64,000 bases of DNA from the human T2T-CHM13v2.0 reference genome, Homo sapiens: the NCBI RefSeq assembly GCF_009914755.1, contig NC_060927.1; one strand, written 5' to 3'. The notes beneath the pieces were generated by a model, which was not told where the DNA came from, did no database searches, and saw nothing but the letters and a program-made list of their open reading frames with translations. Of the stretch, positions 12,300 to 24,641 are shown in pieces. The position numbers and the translations under genes were made by a program. How positions within the stretch are numbered: the stretch's first letter is position 1; the number at the start of each line of letters is the position of its first letter.

Positions 12300-13012
12300 T
12301 GAAGGAGGCTATAGCAGCTCTTAGAGAATGAGAGGAGTGAAGACAGAAAAAAACCGACAGAATAAACAAATACCAAAGGACCCAAATTAACAAGATTTGG
12401 TGATGTTTTGGATTGGAGAGTGGTGAGGAAGAGGGAGAAGTCAAGGACGACTCCTGAAGCTTGTAGGAACTCTGGCATGTCGGGTAGGGAGAAGGAGCCT
12501 GCAGAATAAATGAATAAGCAGGCAGGTGGGTAGGAGGAAGCCCAGGAGATTGTGGAGCCCCAAGAACCCAGGAAGGAGCATAGATGGAAGGAGTGACCTT
12601 CACACTGCGGAGGTTTCAAGTAAGGTAGAATTGAAAATGTCCTGAGACTTTGGCAATAGACAGGTCACCTAATGATTGCAGTGGCTTTTTAAAGCCTGTG
12701 ACAGGAGTGGAAGACAGAGCGAGGTGAATTGAGGAGTGGGAGGGGAGCATATGGAGATGGCAAGGATGGATAATTTTCTGGAAAACTTTGGGTGTGAGGA
12801 GGAGGAGAGAGTGCTGTAGCTGCAGGAAGTGTGGGGTAGAGGGAAGATATTTTTAAGGTGGGGAAAGCTTGAGCCTGTTTAAGTGTTTTGGGGAAGATTG
12901 CGAGGAAAGGGTTGACTAGATAAGAGAGAGATGGGGTAATTGATGCCCTGAAAAGACACCAGGGAAGGGATCCAGAATGCAGGAGGAGGAACCAGTCTTG
13001 ACACAGAAAGGA
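12300..13012 (-). mobile_element. L2 fragment
   Basis: Purine-rich reverse L2 motifs gagaagtcaaggacgactcc, ttggcaatagacaggtca, gggaaagcttgagcctgttta. Confidence 0.75.
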
Positions 13013-14529
13013 TGCTGCCTCAAATGTCACATCAGGGATCTGTGTTACTGTGGAGACCACACTCTTACTAAGCCAGACAATATTTCTCCTTCCCTCACCC
13101 CTGCCCACAAAATTAGCTAGATACTTTTTCTCTAGACATTCCTGCTGGGAGGCTGAGACTCCATGTCCCTTTAAGACGGGGGAAGGATACTGTACCAGAG
13201 CCTCTTCCTAAGAGATCTGTACTTATTAAGTGATTGGGACTAGACTTACTTCCTCTTCTCACACAGTGTCTGATTATGCTTGGCAGTTGTGCCCAGGCCC
13301 CCTGCATACCTTTCAAGTCCCTTTCAAGGTCCATTCTTATCTGACTTCCCAAGTTTACATCTTGCTGCCCTACAGTTAACTTTCTCTGCTTCCCCTTGGA
13401 TCAATTAGACAAGTTGTAATTATAGGGTATATAATGGTCTCATTTCTCCTGGTCTGTTCCAAGCTCCTCTGTGTCTAGGTACAGAATGAGTAAGCATTCT
13501 CTAATGTTGTTGGCCAAGTTCATTTTTCTTATAAATAAAGTCACTGTCTTTATTTTCCTATTTTACAGAGAGGTCAAAAGTCCGTCTGACTCACCTGTGC
13601 TGAGTGACTTGAATGCCATCTAATCTAACTTCAAGGTGACTGGATAGATTGTACATGTGGTAATAAAATGCTAATCGTAGTGTCATAATTTTAGAGATTC
13701 AAGAAGAAATTATTAGAAACACAAATTAAGAGCTTTAATATGCTCATATGTACCTGTGCATAACTTTTTTTAAAGCACCTAGAAACTGCAAGTCAATAAA
13801 CATTGTTTTCCCATGCTGCCCTATACTCATCCAACCCAGCGATGATGAAATGCATACTGACAAGAGCAATAAGAAAAATAATAACATTATCACAGGATCA
13901 ATGTCTATTGCTAGCTTCATAAAGGACTTGGCTTCCCATTGATGTTTAATTTTTGTAAATGCCTCTGGAAATTTAAGTAGCAGTAGGAAAACATAATGTT
14001 CAATTTCTCCTAACATAACCTCTTAAACTTTGGACGTGTGCAGTTTTCAGTCTGGGACAAATTTAGGAGAACAAATCTCTTTGAAACAGACTGGCAGATT
14101 TATTTTAAATAAGCTTGCTTTAAGGCTACAGGTCTAGGAGACAGAATCATAGAAGATGATTGGAACAACGGGAGCTGAAAAATCTTGGAAGCCTGCTTTT
14201 TCTGTGACTCGTTTTGGTGTATACATCAGCATAAAGGGGAGAGTCTCCTCTATCCATGTCATGGCTGATGGTAGCATCTGTGCCAAATTTTAAGCACTAG
14301 GGGACAAGTTGGGAGGCTCCGAAAAGCTCACCTGTCTCAGAACACCACGATATCCTAGCATTTTTGTTATTCCTCCTTGCTCTACCTCAACTGCTCTGGC
14401 ATTGACTCAAATTCCTGGAACTGCATAATCAGCATCTGGACGAATAATAAATGAACTCCTGCTAGCTCTACCATAGGAGAAGCATTAGAGTACTTTGAAG
14501 TCCTAGAACCTTCATCTTCTTAGACTTAA

Positions 14530-14728
14530 GAGTGGTATTTCTGAAACTTGAGCTTGCATCAGACTCACCTAAGGCATCATGTTAAAACACTGATTGCTGA
14601 ACTCTACCCTGATAGTTTTTGGTTCTGTAGTTCTAAGGCAGAGCTCATTAATTTGAGTTTCTAACCAGTTCCCATATGATGCTGATGCAACTTGTCCTGC
14701 AGACCATACATTGAGGACCGCTAGCCTA
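14530..14728. mobile_element. MER5A (hAT-Charlie) DNA transposon relic
   Basis: tttctgaaacttgagcttgcatcagactcacct...tttctaaccagttcccatatgatgctgatgc...accatacattgaggaccgct. Confidence 0.8.
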
Positions 14729-16364
14729 GAGTTCCCCTTTTTTGACCCAGATGCTGGACTGTTGTAAGCCAACAGTTAGGTCTTTCTGAAATCCATGGGC
14801 TCAAGCAGGGGCAGAAAATATCCAGATGCCAAAAGGAAGCTTATTATTTTATAGGGACCTCTGCAGAGTGAGCGCCACACTTTGGCTGAAGAGTACAGTT
14901 TGTTCCTCACCATGACCTTGGGGTCCCGTCCCAACTAATCCAGAGCCATGTGGGTTTGCAGAGACAGGCATTCCTCCCATATTCTGGCCTCTGACCTGAA
15001 ATCTTCTAACTTGAGAAGAGAACAGTCACCTTCCTGGGAATCTGAAATAGAAAGGCAAATTTGTGAAGGCCTTTCTGACATCTGAATGGCTGGATTTGCA
15101 TTTGCTGTAGTGATAACTCAGTGCCATCCAGACCTGACAGTGATGAACGATGCTGGATTCTGCTCAAATTCCATCAAAGCCTGCAGGGTGAAGACTCTGG
15201 TCCCTGAACCCAGTGTCCTCTGGCCCTTCCTGTCAAAGCATTGGAGTGACAGGGAGACATTTGAGAGGCAGTGAGGAGGAAGGACAGAGGCATCAGGGTG
15301 GGTGTGGCAGCTTCCATATTTAGCAGAGAGAAGCAGAGATGAGGGTAAGATTATGAGTGGGAGAGGAGGGAAGGTTAGAGAACAATGGAAAAATTTTCTT
15401 CTTCAGTGTAAGAATTCTGGACCCTTATTTGAAGTCTCTCCTGCTTTGTTGGGCAAAAGTAATGAGAAACTCCACTTGGCTTCAGAATGCAGTGTCAACT
15501 CCACATGAATCAAAGCAATAAAAAAGAATCAACTCAGAGCAGGCTGAGCTATGTGAGGTATGAAAACTTGATCAGGGCCAGCGTGAGTATGGGACTTCAG
15601 TCATGCTCCCACTCCCTCACAGGACCCACACGGGTGGGGGGTGGGGGGAATTGTTTAAAAGCATTTAGTTCCTAACTAGCTGCCTCACCCATTATCTTCC
15701 GTTTCTTGTAATTTAGGAAACAAAGAACAACATATAGCCAGATCAATAGCTTATGTTATTTTCATATGTTAATTATTGCTAAACAACTTAGGAACTGCCT
15801 TTTCTTTTATTTCCTTTAAAAATCCATTTGTAACTGTTGCTGGTGGGACCGGACTACATATTCAGGATAACTTTAATCTGTGCTTTGAAGTTTCAATCCT
15901 CAAGACTGGCCCAAATAAACCCCCTACTTATATTAATCTTGCCTCAGTTTCTTTCTTTTAGGTGGACAGTGGTGAGAGCAATTAGGCTTTTTGCAGAATT
16001 ACTCATTCTAAATATTCTTGCTTGTATTATATTTTAGATACAAATTTTCCAACTGTTATTTTTCAAGTCATTGCCTGCTTCACTGTGTCAATTTCTAGTC
16101 TGCAGCCTTTGTAAGCATTTGTTTCTTTGTTTCAACTGCTTCTTTTTCCTTTCCTGTTACTTCTCTGGCCCCCTGTTCTTTGTTCCTCTCTGAGGAATGC
16201 GGATCTCTGCTCCTCCATACACCTCCTTTCTTTCCAGTCTGGCTTTTAAGAGGAGACTGTGCAGGCAGTCATCAAACACAGGGTCTAGTTCCTAGAGCTA
16301 CTCCTCTCCCAGGCAATCTGCATTTCAGACAAAATAAGCCCCTTTCACTTCTATTTTGCTTAAT

Positions 16365-17640
<1,276 letters not shown>

Positions 17641-18348
17641 AAATTAAGCTCCTTACTTTACAATCATCATACTTTAAAGTATAGCTCAAATGTCACCCAT
17701 TTGATGACTTTTCCCTCATCCCCTTTCAGGTTATTGCCCACCCTCCTATCCTCCCATAGCTTCTGCCTAATACTCATTCATAGTGATAATTGCCTTAGTT
17801 ACAACGATTCCTTTTCTTACCTCTCCTGTTTCAGCCCATCAGTGCCTTAGGCACAGACAACCTCTAAATGGAAAGAGTGGCTGCTATTTTTGTGGAGGTT
17901 CTGGTTGGGGTTTTGTTTTGCTTTGTTACGTTGTAATTATCTGTGCCCCAGCTTTCTACTACATCTATGTAGTACCTCTGAACGATTTTTAAAAAATACA
18001 TCTTACTTTGGAGAAAAGAAATATAGATAATATTGTACCTTGGCCCCTGCCTCATTTGCAGCCCTCTGTGCTGTATCTCTGTCTTTTCCAGAGGAACTTT
18101 CAATTCAACATGTTAAAAAAGAACTTACCATTTTGTCTTTCTATTCCAGCCCAGTTTACTTCCTGACCTTTGGCACATATGGGGTAGCAGTCCTATTGCC
18201 CAGAAGCTAAAAGTAGCAGGAAGTCACTCTGACTTTTAAATTGTCTTTTACTCCCTTCTTCCAAATCCAAACCATGCTTTCTAGCTCTGCTATCTTTGCC
18301 TCTTTCTCTTGGAAAGTTATAACAGCTTCTAAATGGTTCTCTTAACCA

Positions 18349-18852
18349 TGTTTGCCAAAGAAAAGTTGCGCAGGATGGAGTTATAAAGGCAAGGAAGACT
18401 TTATTCAACAGGATTGCAATAGGGGAGAGAGATTAAACTCCGCTGAAACAAAAGGGTGGAGGGGTTTTAAGCATTGAGGTAAGCTAGAGGAAAAGTGTTG
18501 GAGGACATTAGGAAGGAGGTTGGTTGATGTGATCTGTGTTTGCTTTTTGGCACTTGTGAAAGTTAAGCTTCTACCTTCTCACAGAGACTGGGAGATGGGG
18601 CCCTATCTTTCTTGATGATTACATTTCAAAGGAATGGCTCCTAGGTACTTGAGAAAGATATTCCTGGGTTATAAAACTAACAAGCAAAAATTGAGAAAAG
18701 ATTTACATCTCAAAGGGTCAGAGAAAAAATTTACAATTGAAAGTTTTCTAAAGCGACTGCTCTAAGAAAAGCAGGGTCAGGGGCTTATAGACAAGAAGAA
18801 GCCTGTCTAAAGTTTAGTCAAGCTGAGGAGAATGTTGAGGTAATATTGATCA
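18349..18852 (-). mobile_element. MER31/MER67-like ERV1 solo LTR
   Basis: TG...CA ends; gtttagtcaagctgagg terminus and gattacatttcaaaggaatggctcc are typical of this group. Confidence 0.7.
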
Positions 18853-19647
18853 TTCTCACCTCAATTTAATTGCTGGAGTTTAAACTTGGTTTTTCCATTC
18901 TATTTCTCTGTTCCAAAATCTTTCATGCTTCCATACGAACCACCAAATGAGTTCTAAACTCAGAAATGTATTGAGGAAGTCTTCATGCTCTTATTTCAGA
19001 CTCCCTGAGTCTTTTTTCTGACATACTGGAGGGTGGGGTCACCATGAGGGTGGTCACAGCTCTATGTGCTGATAAGATATATCTCTCTCTGCATTACTGG
19101 ACCAGCCACTGGGAGCCCAGAGGAGGAATATCAATGGGTTCCATTTCTGGGACTGGGGCCAGGACAAGGGGTTCCAACATCTCTTGGCAAACTACCTGAG
19201 GCTGTGAGCTGTGGCAGCATAGTCATTGTTACTGGTCTTCTCTCATCTCTCTGTTGGAAGATACGGAAGCAAAGAGATGAGACAGAGACATGGGGCCAAG
19301 TCATCAGAAAGAGTTATACTTGCCACCCCAGATCTTTCTGCCCTGCTTTCTGGTAAACTGAGGGTAAGTATGCAATTAGTTGCAATTATTGGTCTTTTAA
19401 TATGAAATTATGGCTAACCAATTTATACAATCTAAGCATTTTGTAGATGTTCCATTCAATAACCTGTGTTTTAAATACAATATGTTAGATAAAATGATTG
19501 TATTTTAAGAGTGAGGAAACTGAGCCTAAGGAAGGTTAACTTCGAAGTATCACAGGATGTAAGTGGCAGCCCCTGGGGTAATATGAATCTCAAGCTGGAT
19601 GAGGGTGGAGCAGGAGAAATGAGACCACATAAATCCCAAAGTCATTA

Positions 19648-20185
19648 TGAGAGGTGAAGCCGGCTGCACTTCTGGGTTGGGTGGGGACTTGGAGAACTTT
19701 TCTGTCTAGCTAAAGGATTGTAAATGCACCAATCAGTGCTCTGTGTCCAGCTAAAGGTTTGTAAATGCACCAATCAGCACTCTGTAGAAACGGACCAATC
19801 AGCACTCTGTAAAATGGACCAATCAGCAGATGTTGGGGCAGGGGGGTTGGCAAATAAGGGAATAAAAGCTGGCTGCCTGAGCCAGCCACGGCAACCCACT
19901 AGGGTTCCCTTCCAGGCTGTGGAAGCTTTGTTCTTTCGCTCTTCACAATAAGTCTTGCTGCTGCTCACTCTTTGGGTCCACACTACCTTTATGAGCTGTA
20001 ACATTCACTGCAAAGGTCTGCAGCTTCACTCCTGAAGCCAGCGAAACCACAAACCCACTGGGAGGAACTAACAACTCCAGACACGCCACCTTTAAGAACT
20101 GTAACAATCACTGTGAGGGTCCGTGGCTTCATTCTTGATGTCAGCGAGACCAAGAACCCACCGGAAGGAATCAATTCTAGACACA
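19648..20185 (+). mobile_element. LTR12 (HERV9) solo LTR, short LTR12F-like form
   Basis: TGAGAGGTGAAGCC...GACACA; repeated ctagctaaagg..tgtaaatgcaccaatcag units; perfect 4-bp TSD ATTA at 19644-47 and 20186-89. Confidence 0.95.
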
Positions 20186-20897
20186 ATTAGACTGCCATTC
20201 ATATGTATTTCTGGGAAGACAGGCATTTCCTCTCAGGTGCTCAGACAGCGACTCACCTAGACTTCTGAGTAGTGGCCCAGCTGCCCTTCAAGGGCTGTCT
20301 GATCACCCCTGGCTCTGTCTGACAAACTCCTAAAATGTTTTCTCACATGGATACCACCTCTTCCCCACCACCTTCAAGATTGTGGGTCAATGGGATAATC
20401 AGGTCCTGCATCCGTTCTCTGAAGGTCAGGAATATGGACGTGGCTCCCCTTAATGTCTGCCAGATGACAAGGAAAATCTAAGATTCCCTACCTTTCTGCT
20501 CCACTGAACACACAGAACTCAATTGAAAGGCCATAACACATTTAAATGTCTGAAATTAAATCTGGAGTTGAAGCAGCAGCATGTTATTACTTTTAATCAG
20601 TGCAATGCATGAAAACCCCTTTAGTGAAATCATGATTTTACCTCTATATGTGGAAGGCAGAATTGCCTCCTTCCTTCTTCTAGTCTCTGGAAAATGACAA
20701 AGGACTCCTCACCCTGCTTGTCCATTAGAATTGGGAGCTACTTTCAACCCCTGCTATGGCCAGGGTTAAGGTCAGATTTAATTCTTAGGGATGCTTCTTC
20801 AGGATTCCACCTTGCATGGGTCTCAGCTATACTTTTCTTAATAAAGGGACAAGCTAAGGGATTAGTAACTATAGTTACCATTTATTAAGCACTTTCT

Positions 20898-21135
20898 TTA
20901 TCAGTTAAGGTTTTTAGTAGCACACAATCAAAACTGGTTTGAGCAGAAGGGCAATTTATTAGGGAATATTAGATTGTGCACAGAATCTCCAGCAAAGCTG
21001 ATGAACAGGATTTGGAAGCTGTGCAGCCAGAAACAATTCCTAAAATCTCACTGCAGAATTGGAAGCAATGGGAACACCACAGCTGCTGCCCTGGGAACAC
21101 AACTTAAACTGCTAATGCTGAACACTGGATGCCTT
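20898..21135 (-). mobile_element. Old MLT1-type LTR fragment
   Basis: tcagttaaggtttttagtagcacacaatc...agcagaagggcaatttatt resembles a reverse MLT1 3' end. Confidence 0.45.
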
Positions 21136-21183
21136 GTCTAATTTTTTCTGCAAGAGCAATGAAAGGCAAATATTATTATCTTC

Positions 21184-21456
21184 TTTTTATTTTTATTTTT
21201 TTAACTTATAAGTTCAGGGGTACATGTGCAGGTTTGTTACATAGGTAAACTGGTATCATGGGGGTTTGTTGTACAGATTATTCTGTCACCCGGGTATTAA
21301 GCCTAGCATCCGTTAGTTATTTTTCCTTATCCTCTCCCACCTCCTACCCTTCACCCTCAAGTAGACCCCTGTGTCGGTTGTTTCCCTTTATGCGTCTATG
21401 TGTTCTCATGATTTAGCTCCCACTTATAAGTGAGAACATGAGGTATTTGGTTTTCT
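21184..21456 (-). mobile_element. Short L1PA (L1PA13-16-like) 3' end
   Basis: T-rich tail, gttcaggggtacatgtgcaggtttgttacataggtaaac, tttagctcccacttataagtgagaacatg; flanked by MIR-like sequence. Confidence 0.9.
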
Positions 21457-21547
21457 GGGAAATATCATCTTAATTTTACAGATGATATTTGTAACTGAAG
21501 TTCAGAGTGATTAGATAGTTTGCCCCCAAACTTAGCTAGAAATGCTG

Positions 21548-21655
21548 AATTGTAAGTTCCATGACTAGGGATTATATTGTTTTGCTTACCTTATCTTAGT
21601 ACCTGGTGTAGTGTCTGGTCCATAGTCGGTATTAAATATACTGATGGAATGAATA
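21548..21655 (+). mobile_element. L2 3' terminus
   Basis: tgtaagttccatgactaggga...agtacctggtgtagtgtctggtccatagt...gaatgaat. Confidence 0.6.
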
Positions 21656-21688
21656 TGTGGGGATAAAATGATGCATATGATGCATACG

Positions 21689-22040
21689 TGTAGTGAATAT
21701 TGTTTGTTTGACCTGAACATCTACTCCCCTCCTTTCCCCACACACCTTATTTTGGGTCCATATCCTTTACTCCAGCCAAAGGGTTGGGCAAGTGACTCAG
21801 ACTCAGATAGTATATAATAATATTATTATTATATCCCCCTGACCATGATAATTGGTCCCAAAGTTGGAAGAATGTGAGTTTGCTCAGGTGCCCCAATATA
21901 TGGTGAAAATCTGACTGCCATATAAAAGAATGATGCCAATGTGCAGAGAAAAGAAAAAAGTAAGGATGTATGATTCAATTTTCCCACGTTATTAACATTG
22001 ACCCTTTTATAAGCAAGTACTATTGCTGTAGCCACAAAAG
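21689..22040 (+). mobile_element. MLT1J/K-like LTR
   Basis: TGTAGTG start, gggcaagtgactcag, ccctgaccatgataattggt. Confidence 0.5.
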
Positions 22041-23083
22041 GCAAGTTGAAATTGGTGACTTGTCTTAGGAAGGGGATTTTATTTTAGATGTCATCCTCAA
22101 TGCCCGAGTAGATGTATGTACTTCAAAAAATATTCCAGAACTTATCTAAGTGTATGTCTGCTCAGTGCTTTTTCCTTTGCCCTTGACAAGTCCCCCTGCA
22201 TCTTAGCTTACTCACATTTGAATGGAGTCTTTTTTCCCTGTGGTTTCTTCATCCATCCTGTCTCAATAAGTGTCTCTGGGATATTGTTTGTTGGAATAAT
22301 TGTTGGCTTAAGGATAGAAGAGCGATGTTGGATGGAGAAGAGTAGCTTTCAATGTGGACAATGCTGATTCTGGTGGCCACAGCAGGTTTCAATCTGGGAA
22401 TCTGGGAGCCCCCACTGGAGGGAGTCTGTTGTGTATGGTTCTTGTCCTGGCCAGGAATAGAACAATCATTTGGGCTAGCTTCTATAATACAACTATGGCA
22501 ATATTGTCGGTGAAAAACCCAGGCCTCTTGCAGGAGTACAGCCATAGCATGGGACTCTGTGGATACTGGAATGTAATTTGGGAATTTGCTCTATCCAAGG
22601 TAGCTCTTGCCTCAGACCATCTTGGCATATCCTTACAGTATCAGGACTCTTTCATTATCAGGACTCAGTTAGCAACCCTTTGTTTCTACTCTAGCTCCAA
22701 CACTGACAGCATGATCCTCTCCTTCATTACATTTGTGGACCACTGGTTGGCCCACAGATCACCTTACTGAGCACTTGTATCATTCCTAATCCAATCAGTT
22801 TTTGCAAAAGGACAATTGTCACATAGCATGAGCATGGTGACTTATTTTCAAGTAAGCGCTAGTGTTGTTTCCTCTGTAGGGACTATAGATGAAACTGAGA
22901 GGGAGAGATACTCTAAAGCTTCAGTGTTGCCATACAAATAATTTGTTTATTATCTAGTCTGAAAAAGCAGCTTGAGTACTTTATGGAGGATATTGAGATT
23001 CACGAGTGCAGCAGGTACTTGTCATGCACCAAGCCACTTTCTCTCGAGCCCCCTGATTTTTGTATGTTTCTGGCATCTACACC

Positions 23084-23140
<57 letters not shown>

Positions 23141-23162
23141 CGTATATATATATATATGTATG
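23084..23162. repeat. Compound (TA)n(CA)n(TA)n microsatellite
   Basis: ~78 bp of alternating purine-pyrimidine. Confidence 0.97.
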
Positions 23163-23299
23163 CTTTACTCAGGAATTTCTCTGAAGCCAAGAAAACCATT
23201 TAGCTTTGCTAGATACAGCCAGAGCAGTAGAGAAAATAACAATCACAATCCACCTTCCTAGAGCAATTCTTAACTAACTAGAGAAGAGAATCAGTGGAG

Positions 23300-23518
23300 G
23301 AGTGTCTTGGCGTCTCTGTCCTTGGGCATGCGTTCTTCATAGTTCCTTAAATCATCTCCAACAGCACTAAGTCTTAGTTGCCCACAGAGGTAACCAGCGA
23401 TTAATATACTCCATATTGTTTTTTCTCCCTTCTCTGTCTCACTTTTCCCACTTCTTTGCTTTTGATTCTTGGGACTGTGTCTTAAGAACTGCACCCAAGT
23501 TCTTGTCTCAAGATTTCA
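23300..23518 (+). mobile_element. LTR16-like LTR; its 3' end appears to resume at ~24642-24673 after MER21
   Basis: ccttctctgtctcacttttccc...actgcacccaagttcttgtctcaag; terminus tgggtggaattcaaactaaaaca at ~24651-24673. Confidence 0.55.
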
Positions 23519-24641
23519 TGTTCTTATATCAATTTTCTGACACCAACTGGGCGTCCTACAATTCAGTTCAATTTTGACACTAACTAGCTGGTATTAGCAC
23601 AGACCCCATGTGAAGGGCCAAAGTCCTTCACAAGTCTGCCTTCACTTCAGATGGTAATTGCGAGTCGCAGGGATCACCTATATTTCTAATTTACTGGCTA
23701 TAAATTCAGAGAGTTCTGTGATCCCCTCATGTTTAATAATTGGCTAGAACAAATTCCACAGAATTCACTGAATGTGCTATATTTATGACTACAGTTTTAT
23801 TATGAAGGATACCACTAAGGAACAGCCAAATAGAAAAGATGCATAGGACAATGTTATTAGTCTGTTCTCATACTGCAGGTAAAGACATATCTGAGACTGG
23901 GTAATTTATAAAGAAATAGAGGTTTAATAGACTCACAGTTCCATGTGGCTGGGGAGGCCTCACAATCATACTGGAAGGTGAAAGGCACATCTTACATGGT
24001 GGCAGACAAGAGAGAATGAAAGCCAAGAAAAAGGGGTTTCCCCTTAAAAAACCATCAGATCTCATGAGACTTACTCACTACCATGAGAACAGTATGGGGA
24101 AAACTGCCCCCATGATTCAATTATCTCTCACTGGAGCCCTCCTACAACATGTGGAAATTATAGGAGCTATAATTCAAGATGAGATTTGGGTGAGGACACA
24201 GGCAAACCATATCAAACAAGATCTAGGAAAAGGAGACACTAAGCTTCCATGCCCTTCCCTGGTGGCATCTGGGTGTACCACTCTCCCTGCACATTCATGT
24301 TTTTATCAGCCAGAATGCTCCACTGAGTTTTAGCATCCATAATTTTTATTGGCGTTTTATTACACAGGTGTAATTGATAAACTAATTGCCACATGATTGA
24401 ACTCAATCTCCAGCTTCCCCTCCTTTCCCTGGAGATTAGGCTGAGTCAAAGTTCTAACCCTCTAATCATGTGATTAGTCTTCCTAGTGACTGGCCCACAT
24501 CCTGAACCTATGTAGGGACCCTGCCATATGCCATCTCATTGGAATAACAAAGATACCCCTATCGCTCAGGAAATTCCAAGGGTTTTTGAAATTCTATACC
24601 AGGAACTGAGGACAAAAATTAGATTTATGTATTATACCACA
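23519..24641 (-). mobile_element. MER21-family LTR interrupted by THE1
   Basis: ttctgacaccaactgggcgtcctacaattcagttcaattttgacactaac...aggaaattccaagggttttt...tattataccaca. Confidence 0.8.
23852..24214 (-). mobile_element. THE1 (THE1B-like) solo LTR
   Basis: tattagtctgttctca...gagactgggtaatttataaag...gagatttgggtgaggacacag..aaaccatatca; TSD GACAA/AACAA. Confidence 0.93.

Noticed and set aside
12248-13108. Pro/Ser/Leu-rich ORFs of 113-139 aa
   Set aside because: They lie on the pyrimidine-rich strand of an L2 relic.
22050-22900. 138-aa ORF and possible MaLR internal sequence
   Set aside because: No protein homology recognised, and the repeat identity is too uncertain to call.
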